Origin: a virus
Strand: one strand, 5' to 3'
DNA: 64,000 nucleotides
Virus record (IMG/VR): IMGVR_UViG_3300037541_000696
Span: 14,500 to 78,499 of that record
Part shown: one piece after another, positions 10,762 through 19,993 of the stretch
Position numbering within the stretch: the first letter of the stretch is position 1
How the letters are laid out: every line of letters starts with the position of its first letter
Notes under the pieces: model-generated
Database searches by the model: none
The model's input: only the letters and a program-made list of their open reading frames with translations
What the model was told of the DNA's origin: nothing
Translations under genes and position numbers: made by a program

Positions 10762-10771
10762 CGGGAAAACT
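10762..10771 (+). promoter_or_regulatory. CGGGAAAACT late-gene box (copy 2)
   Basis: Exact 10-mer right after a stop codon, 19 nt before ATG 10791. Confidence 0.7.
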
Positions 10772-10790
10772 ATCACAACTCATTAGTCCT

Positions 10791-11234
10791 ATGGCGTCAG
10801 TTTTTCAGGTCAGTACAAGCGAACTTCTTAGGGTGCATTCTTCATCCTACGAGGGCAAGGTGGTCAGGTTTTGCCTTGCTTTTAACTCTGTATTAACAGT
10901 TGAATCAACTACTGCGCAATGGGATGCGGTTGAGCTAGCTAGCACCAATGGTTATGCGCGATCTGTTATTACAATTCCTTCCGCGAGTTATGATGGTACA
11001 ATTGGAATGGCTAAAACTGCAGAATTAACGGCTACATTTACTGCGTCTGGTGCTGGATTTACCTTTAATCGCGTGTATGGCGTCATTGGAACTGTGTCCG
11101 GTGGTGTTACAACATGGAACACAAATATCAGTTATTTATGGGCTGAAACTGAATCTATTGGATTGTCACCTGGCGTTTCAAGGCCATATAAGGTAGTATT
11201 TTTGTCAGATAACAAAACATCTAGCCCATTGTGA
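10791..11234 (+). CDS. minor tail/virion structural protein
   Basis: ELASTNGYAR..ATFTASG motif common in phage minor tail proteins. Confidence 0.55.
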   Translation: MASVFQVSTSELLRVHSSSYEGKVVRFCLAFNSVLTVESTTAQWDAVELASTNGYARSVITIPSASYDGTIGMAKTAELTATFTASGAGFTFNRVYGVIGTVSGGVTTWNTNISYLWAETESIGLSPGVSRPYKVVFLSDNKTSSPL

Positions 11235-12406
11235 CGACACGCATTTCTGTTGATTTGCCGGCTGACTTGCTAGAAGCAGCTAATTTGAATCAATATAGAA
11301 ATAGGACTAGATTAGCAACAAGAGAAAATGGAAGCAAATTTAAGCAAGATGCGTTAAAACAGGTTGAGTTGCTGCCGGCAAAAGACAAGAAAGATTTGTA
11401 CAAAGGTGCTGTTCCTGAATACAGGCAAAGCATTGCATTATCAAAGACAAGTAACATTGATTTTGGATGGCTTATTGTTGAAGAATCTTGCAAAAACCTT
11501 ACATATTCAAATACTGTTGACGCGTGTCAACAGACAAGATTTAATGGAAGAAACATTGATTACGATTATTCGTTTGCTGCTGGAACACGAGTATCAAGCG
11601 GCTCAAGATATTTCAAAGACTCGCAAATATCATACATGCGAGGGGTTGACTATTCTCATGAAGGCACAAGCGGGCCGGGTTTTCCTTTGCCACCGCCCAT
11701 TCCAGACTCGGAAAAAATTAAACTTAACAGGGCCAATTTTAGTGGACTTGGAGTATCAACTTCAACAGCTTTGAATAATATAGATAGAGCAAGATTTGTT
11801 GAATTTACAATTTCTAAACAACTGAAAAACATCAAAAGCAATATCTTTACCGGATTTGTTAATTGCCCTGGAGGCATAGTGATAGATACGTCTAATAGCT
11901 TTCAAGATTTTGATCATTATATGCTAAACCTATATTTTTCTATTGCCAAGACCAACGGAGCAGGTTTTTTGTATGTCGTATGGAAAACAACTGGCAACGA
12001 AAGTTCTGGAAACGGATTTGACAATGGGCTGAGAATTTTAGAAAGAGATGGTGTGAGCTTAAATGGATATGGAAGAAGACTTGCTGTAACTTGGTGGACC
12101 AAGAATGGCGAATTTGCTGGTGGAATGCCTTTTGTTGGAGCAACAAGAAAACAATCGTATCAAGACTATCGAGTATTCTCAGAGGAATTGTTGCCAGAAA
12201 ATCTTCGTGGATTCATGACTGCAATTTTTGAAATAAACCCAAATATCGTCAGCAACCCATATCAACTTATTCCAAAATTGACTTTTTTTGCAAAGCCAGA
12301 AGCGCAGTTGAATTCTAACAGTCCATACGGATCAGAGACTGCTACAATATCACTTAATGAAAAGTTTTTAATTGCTATTTCAGGAAGAAATTATGCAGCA
12401 ACCTAA
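11231..12406 (+). CDS. hypothetical virion-associated protein
   Basis: 391-aa ORF translationally coupled within the structural operon. Confidence 0.6.
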   Translation: MTTRISVDLPADLLEAANLNQYRNRTRLATRENGSKFKQDALKQVELLPAKDKKDLYKGAVPEYRQSIALSKTSNIDFGWLIVEESCKNLTYSNTVDACQQTRFNGRNIDYDYSFAAGTRVSSGSRYFKDSQISYMRGVDYSHEGTSGPGFPLPPPIPDSEKIKLNRANFSGLGVSTSTALNNIDRARFVEFTISKQLKNIKSNIFTGFVNCPGGIVIDTSNSFQDFDHYMLNLYFSIAKTNGAGFLYVVWKTTGNESSGNGFDNGLRILERDGVSLNGYGRRLAVTWWTKNGEFAGGMPFVGATRKQSYQDYRVFSEELLPENLRGFMTAIFEINPNIVSNPYQLIPKLTFFAKPEAQLNSNSPYGSETATISLNEKFLIAISGRNYAAT

Positions 12407-12533
12407 TCAATCGCAATCTGAAGAATCAGCAGAAATTTCTTCTTTGCTTGCATTAAGCAATCGCGCAAAGTTGCAAGCTCGCGAACGAGACAATAGAACA
12501 CTTGCGGAAGTAATGAGGCAAGCTAAGGAATAG
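12393..12533 (+). CDS. small hypothetical protein (46 aa, MQQPNQSQSEESAE...)
   Basis: Manual translation; fills the gap between the 391-aa ORF and the next CGGGAAAACT box. Confidence 0.5.
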   Translation: MQQPNQSQSEESAEISSLLALSNRAKLQARERDNRTLAEVMRQAKE

Positions 12534-12537
12534 TAAT

Positions 12538-12547
12538 CGGGAAAACT
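12538..12547 (+). promoter_or_regulatory. CGGGAAAACT late-gene box (copy 3)
   Basis: Exact 10-mer upstream of the scaffold gene. Confidence 0.7.
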
Positions 12548-12592
12548 TAACCTGCAACTTATGCCGGCTGAGCGATTCACCGGTCATAATCC

Positions 12593-13417
12593 ATGAAAAA
12601 AATCTGGCTCAACAAGCTCCCCTTTGCCAGTGATTTCCCAATCCCCACCGTTGATGATGCGCCTGAAGGTGATCAAGTCGGAGGGGGTTCCGCTGATGAC
12701 TCTATCGGCGAATTAGACCATTCTGATGATGATAGCGAGCCCCTTGGAGAAGAGGGCAGGAAAGCGCTGACAAGAGAACGGCAGGCTCGAAAAGAGCGTG
12801 AGCGCGAATTGTCACAATTGAGGGAGCAGCTCAAGGCTGTTGCTGAAATCAACCCGGATTTGTATAAAAAAACACTTGAGCGAGCGGAAGAACTTAAGCG
12901 CACGCTTGAGGAAAAGGAGCGTGAGACCACTGAGGCGACAAGGCGCATTCGCGAAAAAGCTGACTCCGAGGTTCGAGCGGCAAGGCAGGCCGCTGATGCC
13001 GCTGAGCGGGCGCGAATTGATCTGCTGACCAAGACTGCAGGGCAGCAGATTTTTAGGTTGAATAAGGGGCTGGATGAAGTTGATGAAGTGCTCGGTCAAA
13101 CATCATTCGATGCGTGGTGGAGACTTCATGGAAGCCAACACCTTAAATGGGACAACAAATTGAATAACGTTGTTGTTGTTGACAAGGATGGGGATCCGAT
13201 CACTGAAGATGGCAAGCCGGTTGATCCTGTCAAGTGGCTAGACGAAGTTGCCGATAAGTCACCAATGGTGGCTCAATACTTCAGATCAAAATCTGGTGAG
13301 GGATCTGGTGGTCTTCAGGGTGCACGAAATGTGCGCACTGTGACAAGTAGAAACAAACAAGATCTAGCAAAACTTAGTCCCGACAAGCTGCTTGAGGAGC
13401 ATTACAGCAACAAATAA
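12593..13417 (+). CDS. capsid scaffolding protein
   Basis: Acidic flexible N-terminus, EEGRKALTRERQARK coiled coil, C-terminal G-rich linker; directly upstream of the major capsid gene. Confidence 0.75.
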   Translation: MKKIWLNKLPFASDFPIPTVDDAPEGDQVGGGSADDSIGELDHSDDDSEPLGEEGRKALTRERQARKERERELSQLREQLKAVAEINPDLYKKTLERAEELKRTLEEKERETTEATRRIREKADSEVRAARQAADAAERARIDLLTKTAGQQIFRLNKGLDEVDEVLGQTSFDAWWRLHGSQHLKWDNKLNNVVVVDKDGDPITEDGKPVDPVKWLDEVADKSPMVAQYFRSKSGEGSGGLQGARNVRTVTSRNKQDLAKLSPDKLLEEHYSNK

Positions 13418-13428
13418 GAATTGTTGAC

Positions 13429-13438
13429 CGGGAAAACT
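13429..13438 (+). promoter_or_regulatory. CGGGAAAACT late-gene box (copy 4)
   Basis: Exact 10-mer preceding the 139-nt structured leader of the capsid gene. Confidence 0.7.
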
Positions 13439-13577
13439 GCGGATAGGTGAGGCGCGATGCCAAATCTATCCGCTTTTTGATGCGACATCAAAAAGCTTTT
13501 TGCGATTGCTGTATTCAATGGCGCGATGCCAATGAAAGCGCAACTTTCAAAACTGGCAACCCTTCTCATTACAGGTA

Positions 13578-14534
13578 ATGTCTTCCACTACACTTTGGTC
13601 TCATTTTGAGGCTCGCGCCGAACTTGGCGCTCCTGCCCTAGAGCTTGCTGCCCTTCAAATCCTGCGAAATGGTCCCCTAGCTGGCCTTATTCCGTGGGTA
13701 GATATTGTAGGAATGACCTACAACTTCGCCCTTCAAGATGAGCTGCCCAAGGTTAAAGCTCGTCTATTTGATGAGGCAAGCGAGCGCGGACAGGGCACCA
13801 CCATGAAAGGTGCGCAAAATGTGCACATTTACAGCTATGATGTTCGCACTGATTCATCAAAGCTGGCGCTGCTTGGTCAGGGTACGCACAATCGGCAGGT
13901 AAAAGCCGCCATTCAATCGTTGCGGTTGGCAATCGAAAACGACTTCCTGAATGGGAACGATGCGCTTAGCGGCGGCCGCGAAATGGATGGAGTTCGCAAA
14001 CAAATCCCCGTGTCGCAACAGGTGGTCAATGCCAGCGGCGGCGCCGGGCTTAAATTGTCAAAACTCGATGAATTGATCGCCGAGGTAGATGGCCCCAACG
14101 AAGAGAAGGTACTCGTTCTTCCCAAAAAGCTGAAGACCAAATTTGGCGCGGCGGTGCGCAACATTGGGGTGTCCGGTCTTTACATTCAAGGGATTGACCA
14201 GCTTGGTCGATCCGCTCAGATGTACGACGGCGTTCCCCTGATTGAGACTGATGTTCGGGATGACAACACCCCGATTCAACCCTTCACTGAATCAAACAGT
14301 ACAACGACTATCTACTGTATGCGGCTCGGCGAAGGATTTACCAGTGGGATCCAATCTCCCGCATATAACGAAGCCGGTGAATTGACTCAAGGGCTTGTAA
14401 TTTACGACCTTAATGAGTCATTTACCACGGCAACACGCGCTACGCGATTCACTTGGCACTGCGGCGCTGTTGTAGAGGATCCGAACTCAATCGCTTCCCT
14501 CTCTGGCATCACACTTGCGGACATCACCGCTTGA
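13578..14534 (+). CDS. major capsid protein (HK97 fold)
   Basis: 318 aa; FLNGND..REMDGVRK, KLDELIAEV, YDGVPLIE, IASLSGIT motifs typical of this capsid family; follows scaffold. Confidence 0.85.
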   Translation: MSSTTLWSHFEARAELGAPALELAALQILRNGPLAGLIPWVDIVGMTYNFALQDELPKVKARLFDEASERGQGTTMKGAQNVHIYSYDVRTDSSKLALLGQGTHNRQVKAAIQSLRLAIENDFLNGNDALSGGREMDGVRKQIPVSQQVVNASGGAGLKLSKLDELIAEVDGPNEEKVLVLPKKLKTKFGAAVRNIGVSGLYIQGIDQLGRSAQMYDGVPLIETDVRDDNTPIQPFTESNSTTTIYCMRLGEGFTSGIQSPAYNEAGELTQGLVIYDLNESFTTATRATRFTWHCGAVVEDPNSIASLSGITLADITA

Positions 14535-14572
14535 TTTTGATCATCAAACCATTCAACCACTGAGGTCACTCA

Positions 14573-15067
14573 ATGTCTCGCCCTACAGGTATCTTTCTCC
14601 AACGTCCCTATCTCCGCAGCCGCGAAAATGTTCTTTTTGGAGCCGTTCGTGATGGCGAAGGTGTAGCAGCCGAAACGCGCACTGGCGCTGCACGGCTGCT
14701 GCCGGATAAGCTCAATGGCCAATCCAATGCGCTGATTGTTGCTGTCGGAGCACTGTCTAATGCGTCCGGTGGCTACTGGATTGAAGTTGCGCATGTGCCG
14801 ATCGGTGGCACAATTTCTGATGCTAACCCTTCGGGATATGTCCGCATCGGCAGCATCTCTTTTGATGGGATGAATCCTACCGAAGCGATCTTCTCCAAGG
14901 TTCAACTGGAAAGTTTGATTAAGGCCAATGCCTCGCCAGCCCTGACAGTTGATCCGCGTGTTGTCGCCATCCGCCTTGTGGCTGGCACAGGCACGGGCAG
15001 CGGCCAAAATGGCCTTGCCGTTCCCACAAACGCCACTGGAGCTGTGATTCATTATCAGCCCACCTGA
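14573..15067 (+). CDS. putative capsid decoration/cement protein
   Basis: Beta-rich 164 aa directly after MCP, followed by a terminator. Confidence 0.5.
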   Translation: MSRPTGIFLQRPYLRSRENVLFGAVRDGEGVAAETRTGAARLLPDKLNGQSNALIVAVGALSNASGGYWIEVAHVPIGGTISDANPSGYVRIGSISFDGMNPTEAIFSKVQLESLIKANASPALTVDPRVVAIRLVAGTGTGSGQNGLAVPTNATGAVIHYQPT

Positions 15068-15091
15068 TCTTGATTGCACATCTGATACAAT

Positions 15092-15114
15092 GGGAGGGTC
15101 AATCCTCCCTTTTT
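15092..15114 (+). terminator. intrinsic terminator of the capsid operon
   Basis: GGGAGG-gtcaat-CCTCCC followed by a T-run. Confidence 0.6.
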
Positions 15115-15130
15115 CTTTACCATAAAAATC

Positions 15131-15400
15131 ATGCTTGAATGTCAATCAAGTTTTTCACTTGCCACGAGCTGTGAAAAGATTGACTTTTGCTCACTGCAAA
15201 GAAAGCAATGGGAAAATGAAATTCACGCTGATCCCGTTCGTGTTAATTACGGCAATGGGTATGGCACAATGTTCCTTGAAGAACACACTTATTCAGATAT
15301 GTTGCGTCACCTTATCAGTGATTGCGGATGGGATGAATTAAATATGATATTGCAAGGATTGAAAAACTACGATTCTAGTCAACTCCAAGAAATCACTTAG
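15131..15400 (+). CDS. hypothetical protein
   Basis: ORF track; TGaTACAAT extended -10 at 15083-15091 upstream. Confidence 0.45.
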   Translation: MLECQSSFSLATSCEKIDFCSLQRKQWENEIHADPVRVNYGNGYGTMFLEEHTYSDMLRHLISDCGWDELNMILQGLKNYDSSQLQEIT

Positions 15401-15423
15401 CACATCATCACTCTAAAATCATC

Positions 15424-15648
15424 ATGACTTTTGCATTTAATCCTCACGCCAGTCAAGAAGCTAACGAAAACTTTGTTAGATCTTTAGGGCAAGAAAGTGA
15501 GCAAGAATCGCCACCTATTGAGGCGGCGGAGCCAAATCTTAAGCCAGTGCTTAATCTAAAGCCCAAGCGCCAACGCGCACGCGTTGAAGACGGCAAGTTT
15601 GCTGGCGACAATCCAGAGACACCACAAAATGAAGCATGGAAAGAATAA
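15424..15648 (+). CDS. small hypothetical protein with RARxxDGKFxGDNPETPxNEAW motif
   Basis: C-terminal motif recurrent in phage small proteins near head genes. Confidence 0.6.
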   Translation: MTFAFNPHASQEANENFVRSLGQESEQESPPIEAAEPNLKPVLNLKPKRQRARVEDGKFAGDNPETPQNEAWKE

Positions 15649-15650
15649 TG

Positions 15651-15660
15651 CGGGAAAACT
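15651..15660 (+). promoter_or_regulatory. CGGGAAAACT late-gene box (copy 5)
   Basis: Exact 10-mer, 20 nt before ATG 15681. Confidence 0.7.
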
Positions 15661-15680
15661 AGGTCAACAAGTGTAACGCC

Positions 15681-16037
15681 ATGGCTTGGGTTACAAAAAC
15701 TTGGGAAATGGAGCAAGGCAAAGATGCTTTGCTTCCTTTTAGATTTTGGCAAGATTCTGCCAAAACACAGCCATGGCCATTTATTGGATGGGATGTAAAT
15801 GCAACTGTTAGCGATACAAGAGGGCGTAATGTATGGCCAGTTACAATAAGGGCAACACCTGAGAGCGGTCTGCTAGACTTGATTTTTCCTGAGAGTTTAG
15901 TAAATGCGCTTAAGGCTGGTAGGACTTATCGTTATGATTGCGGCGGCTGGCCCCCTGGGGCAACCGCAGCGGATGATCACTTCCTGGCCACAGGTCCCGT
16001 CACGGTGGCGCTACGAACCTCTCGGAGGGATCCATGA
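15681..16037 (+). CDS. tail-fibre anchor/adaptor (BppU N-terminal-like)
   Basis: MEQG...GRTYRYD...FLATGPVTV pattern; precedes tail fibre. Confidence 0.55.
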   Translation: MAWVTKTWEMEQGKDALLPFRFWQDSAKTQPWPFIGWDVNATVSDTRGRNVWPVTIRATPESGLLDLIFPESLVNALKAGRTYRYDCGGWPPGATAADDHFLATGPVTVALRTSRRDP

Positions 16038-18250
16038 CCTGTCCGGCGGTAGTCGATGTAATCACTCCTGGCCCCCCCGGAATAGGGCTTCCGTCCGGAG
16101 TTGGATTCGCGGAGTATGCGATAGTCAAGGACGGGAATACACCTTATTTATATAAGCTAGTAAGCCTTGAGCAGGTAGGACTTCCTCAGGCTCTTGGTAT
16201 AACAGCCTCGCCTACATTTACTGGAATAACACTATCGGGATTTACCTCTGCCTCTGTTGGAATTGTAACATCCGGCGCCAATGGTCAACTTGCCAGGGTT
16301 TCAATTGGCAGTGGATTGTCTATCGTAAATGGTGCGCTAGTTGCTTCTGGAAGTGCAGGCACCAACCTATCTTATGATCCTGCTACAAGAATTCTCGCCA
16401 GTAGCACTGGAGACGATGTAACGCTACCGTTAGCCACAACACTAGCAGCAGGCCTGCAATCTGCAGCCGATAAAACCAAGCTTGATGCTATTACTGTAGA
16501 TACAGCGATAAGAACTATAGAACGCGTCAGGAATACAACTGGAGCTGAAATTCCAAGGGGATCTGTTGTTCGTATTCCATCGCCTGGATCATCGGGAACT
16601 ACGCTGCTAGTTGCGCTAGCTGATGCATCCGAGGAGTCAACAGCAGCAAATACCTATGGTATTGCAGAAAATGCAATTCCGCATAATTCAGATGGTATTG
16701 TCGTAACATCAGGTGAACTTACTGGATTAAATACAGATCATCTTGTAGAAGGTGGATTGGTTTATTTATCTGAAATTGCAGGGCAAACAACTAGCACGAG
16801 GCCAACGCAGCCTGCGCATGGCGTTATTCTTGGATGGTGCATTAAAAAAGGGCCTGGCACAAGCGGCATTCTTGCTGTAAAGATTGCTAACGGCCAGGAA
16901 CTAAATGAGTTGCACGATGTTTTAATCAATAATCCAACAGAAGATCAATTTTTGCGCAGATCTGGTGATTTGTGGATCAACGAAACTGTTGATTTGTATT
17001 CAACTTTTGCTGCCCCACTTGGCTTTACCGTAACAGGATCTGATACTGCTTCAATCTCCCTGGCATTTTCCACTGGATATAGCCTTCCAACAACCGCCAA
17101 GCAAGGCGAATGGGACACGGCTTATTCTGAGCGCAATAGGTGGGATGGTGGATCTACAGGGCTCAATCAGGCCACTGGCAGATCAAGCCTAGGCCTTGGA
17201 TCTGCCGCGACGCGAGACGCAGGATCAACGCCAGGAAACGTTCCGATCCTAGATAGCAATGCCTTAATTCCTAGCATATTGCTGCCAGGATTTGTAGATG
17301 ACGTATTAGAATTTGCAAATCTTGCCGCATTTCCTACATTAGGAGAAAGTGGCAAACTTTATATAAGCCTAGCAACAAACAGACAATATAGATGGTCTGG
17401 CTCTGTTTATGTTGAAATCAATCCGTCACCAGGTAGCACAGATAGCGTACCCGAAGGTTCTATAAATTTATATTTTACGAGCGCAAGAGCCTCCGCCGCT
17501 GCGCCTGTTCAATCCGTAGCCGGCAAACAAGGCAGTGTCACACTTAGTGTTGATGATATTGCTAATGCTGTTTCAACGTCTGATTTACGTCTAACAGATT
17601 CGCGAGAATGGTCCGCTGAGACCATAGGACAGGCAGAGGCGGAGGCTGGAACTGCAACCACCCGTCGGGCGTGGACTTCAGAGCGCGTGCGCCAGGCAGT
17701 TCTAGGCTGGTGGAATTCGATCACTTCCAGCCTAGGCCGATCACTTGTGGGCGCCGCGACCCAGGTGGACGCCCGCAGTGTGATTGGCGCTGGCACTTCC
17801 AGCTTGGTCCTGGGAACCGCCGCCCCCCTTGGGCTGGCGGGCACGGCCGCAGCGGGCACGGCGAGCACTGCTTCCCCGAGTGATCACCAGCACCAGCGCG
17901 ACGCGACAACATTTATAGTCCCACTGTCATTTACGACAGCCCCGGCTGGGAATAGTGCCAACATTATAGCTAGGCTCTCTCTTCCATTCTCGTTCGACAT
18001 TCTTTCAGTCACGCTCGAATGTGAATCGGCCGTTACAACAAACCCAATCATCGCCAATATCACTCTTGGTGGCACGACTATTTTTAGCACAAAACCACAG
18101 ATAAATGTAGGAGGAACGACTACTGGCAACACCCCAGTATTTTCTATTACAACCGGAGCCTCAGGAAGTATTTTGAGGTTCTACATTGACCAGGCAGCCG
18201 GTGGCGGTCTATTTTTAAACGCAAACGTTACGATCAGGAGGACCAATTAA
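16034..18250 (+). CDS. tail fibre protein
   Basis: Modular fibre motifs: ELNELHDVLI, LGLGSAATRD, LPGFVDDVLEF..FPTLGESGKLY, STDSVPEGSINLYFT, PVQSVAGKQGSVTL. Confidence 0.85.
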   Translation: MTCPAVVDVITPGPPGIGLPSGVGFAEYAIVKDGNTPYLYKLVSLEQVGLPQALGITASPTFTGITLSGFTSASVGIVTSGANGQLARVSIGSGLSIVNGALVASGSAGTNLSYDPATRILASSTGDDVTLPLATTLAAGLQSAADKTKLDAITVDTAIRTIERVRNTTGAEIPRGSVVRIPSPGSSGTTLLVALADASEESTAANTYGIAENAIPHNSDGIVVTSGELTGLNTDHLVEGGLVYLSEIAGQTTSTRPTQPAHGVILGWCIKKGPGTSGILAVKIANGQELNELHDVLINNPTEDQFLRRSGDLWINETVDLYSTFAAPLGFTVTGSDTASISLAFSTGYSLPTTAKQGEWDTAYSERNRWDGGSTGLNQATGRSSLGLGSAATRDAGSTPGNVPILDSNALIPSILLPGFVDDVLEFANLAAFPTLGESGKLYISLATNRQYRWSGSVYVEINPSPGSTDSVPEGSINLYFTSARASAAAPVQSVAGKQGSVTLSVDDIANAVSTSDLRLTDSREWSAETIGQAEAEAGTATTRRAWTSERVRQAVLGWWNSITSSLGRSLVGAATQVDARSVIGAGTSSLVLGTAAPLGLAGTAAAGTASTASPSDHQHQRDATTFIVPLSFTTAPAGNSANIIARLSLPFSFDILSVTLECESAVTTNPIIANITLGGTTIFSTKPQINVGGTTTGNTPVFSITTGASGSILRFYIDQAAGGGLFLNANVTIRRTN

Positions 18251-18251
18251 G

Positions 18252-18767
18252 ATGAGCGAATATATCATTGCCAACAGTGAAACAGGAGAAGAAAAGGCTT
18301 GGCCGAGGAGGGCGGGAGAGGCTGTAATCGGCCTTCAGGAGCCCCCCTGGCACGTGCTGGAAGTGATTCGCGAGCCGACGCCTGAGGTGGCACCTGGACA
18401 GGTTGCCGTTCCGTCGAAAACGCAGGATTTCCAGAATGGCAGGCTGGTTTATGGCTGGCAAATGGAAGACCTACCCCCGCCAGGCCCCAAATACCAGGAA
18501 TTCTATGATGGCTTGATTGCCAGCAATGTTTATGCCAATGTGGTCTCGACTCCTGGGAAAACAGGAGACCAAGCGGCGGCAATGACTGTTTTTCTGGGAG
18601 CAATCTCAGAGGCAAAATCAGGCCGGGAAAATCGGCCGGCGCTGCAGTCTGCCATCTGGCGGTTGCTGGGCCAGATGGCGTTGACGGAGGCTGGCCTTGC
18701 GGAGTTGCAGGGCCTGATGAACGAAAACCACTTGGCTGGGATTTATCAACTGGAGCCACCGGGATGA
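18252..18767 (+). CDS. tail-fibre-associated protein (possible assembly chaperone)
   Basis: Follows the fibre gene; GC-rich. Confidence 0.5.
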   Translation: MSEYIIANSETGEEKAWPRRAGEAVIGLQEPPWHVLEVIREPTPEVAPGQVAVPSKTQDFQNGRLVYGWQMEDLPPPGPKYQEFYDGLIASNVYANVVSTPGKTGDQAAAMTVFLGAISEAKSGRENRPALQSAIWRLLGQMALTEAGLAELQGLMNENHLAGIYQLEPPG

Positions 18768-19507
18768 ATATAATTTATGTAGCAAATCGCCCTTTGTTTT
18801 CAAATATTATTCTTCCTTCAGAAATCACAACCGCTTTTTGGGGTGACGCTTCAGATGCGTCTACTGTAATAACATCTGGTGGGTTTTTGTCGCAATGGAA
18901 CGACAAAAGTGGTAATGCGAGACACGCCACGCAAGCGGTCGGATCTAGTCAGCCAGCCTATACCTTAAACGGGCAAAATAATTTGAACTGTCTAACGCTT
19001 GACGGTTCCAATGATTGGCTTGCGCTTCCTAATTCAGTAGCTCCGACAGGACCCCATGCGGTTTTTGCTGTATGCAGACCTAACCATTCATCTTTGTCGA
19101 GTGGAATAATTATCAGCAGATCCTATAATTGGGGATCCTTTTATCTAAATTCCGCCACATTTGGCACATCTGCGTTTCATAACATAGGTGTCAATGGAGT
19201 CAGTGAAGCAAAAGCAACAGTAACAGGTTTGCAGAATAATACACTAAAAATGTTCACCGCAATTTATGATAATACAGCCGTCAGGCTTTCAGTGAACAAG
19301 GGACCATTCATAAGCACGCCATACACCCCAAATCTGACTTACCATGCAAACGATCAGGCTACAATAGGTGCACTGCGCGAAGGCACCGCAAACGTTTCCG
19401 CCTTGTTTAGGGGCGCTATGTGCGAGCTAATTGTTACACATTACGTTCCAACTTCTGAAGTGATCACAGGCATTCAGAACCATCTTGATAGGTGGTTTCC
19501 GACGTAA
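18764..19507 (+). CDS. LamG/lectin-like virion protein
   Basis: WGDASDAST..SQWNDKSGNARHATQ..LDGSNDWL..FRGAMCELIV motifs. Confidence 0.7.
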   Translation: MNIIYVANRPLFSNIILPSEITTAFWGDASDASTVITSGGFLSQWNDKSGNARHATQAVGSSQPAYTLNGQNNLNCLTLDGSNDWLALPNSVAPTGPHAVFAVCRPNHSSLSSGIIISRSYNWGSFYLNSATFGTSAFHNIGVNGVSEAKATVTGLQNNTLKMFTAIYDNTAVRLSVNKGPFISTPYTPNLTYHANDQATIGALREGTANVSALFRGAMCELIVTHYVPTSEVITGIQNHLDRWFPT

Positions 19508-19514
19508 TCAACAA

Positions 19515-19524
19515 CGGGAAAACT
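19515..19524 (+). promoter_or_regulatory. CGGGAAAACT late-gene box (copy 6)
   Basis: Exact 10-mer, 20 nt before ATG 19545. Confidence 0.7.
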
Positions 19525-19544
19525 TAATCAACCCTGCTAGGATC

Positions 19545-19808
19545 ATGGCGCCTTCTCCTCAGCAAGACAATCAACTATGGCGTTTCATGAATCAGCCTCT
19601 TACGGCTGGCGTAATACTATTTCTTTTGAGCGTAATTTGTGCTGGATTGCTTAGAATTTCTAATCAACTAAACGAGCTGAGCGATGGTCAAAAATTAGGA
19701 CTAATTGAAATTGGCACTTTAAAAGAAAAAACTAATGAACTTGAAGCTAGCGATAGAAGACAAGACAAAGACATTGTGCTTTTGCAATACCAAGTTAGGC
19801 AGAGATGA
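19545..19808 (+). CDS. single-TM plus coiled-coil protein, putative lysis (holin-like) gene
   Basis: TM segment AGVILFLLSVICAGLL then coiled coil; at end of the late operon with its own late box. Confidence 0.45.
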   Translation: MAPSPQQDNQLWRFMNQPLTAGVILFLLSVICAGLLRISNQLNELSDGQKLGLIEIGTLKEKTNELEASDRRQDKDIVLLQYQVRQR

Positions 19809-19993
19809 GCAAGACATATATAGAGAAAGCATTTTGTGCGTGTGTGCTAATTAGTTGTATTGGTGGATTTGGTCGTGCTTTTTGTGGAACCACGCAATGC
19901 GCAGACGCATGGGGACAGGCGGCAGCAGGGGCACTATCCGCCGCAGGAGTGCTAGGAACTTATCTGGCTACCCCCCCATCAGGAGGACCCTGA
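19805..19993 (+). CDS. small two-TM membrane protein, putative holin
   Basis: Two hydrophobic segments in 62 aa; coupled to the previous gene. Confidence 0.4.
   Translation: MSKTYIEKAFCACVLISCIGGFGRAFCGTTQCADAWGQAAAGALSAAGVLGTYLATPPSGGP

Noticed and set aside
18623-18632. CGGGAAAATC and 7055-7063 AGGAAAACT as further late boxes
   Set aside because: Mismatched and intragenic; not counted.
3733-18803. Numerous short antisense and off-frame ORFs nested in structural genes
   Set aside because: Shadow ORFs of long, well-supported genes, with no independent motifs or signals.
16034-19507. Diversity-generating retroelement or invertible tail-fibre system
   Set aside because: No reverse transcriptase, invertase or template/variable repeat pair was visible in the window.
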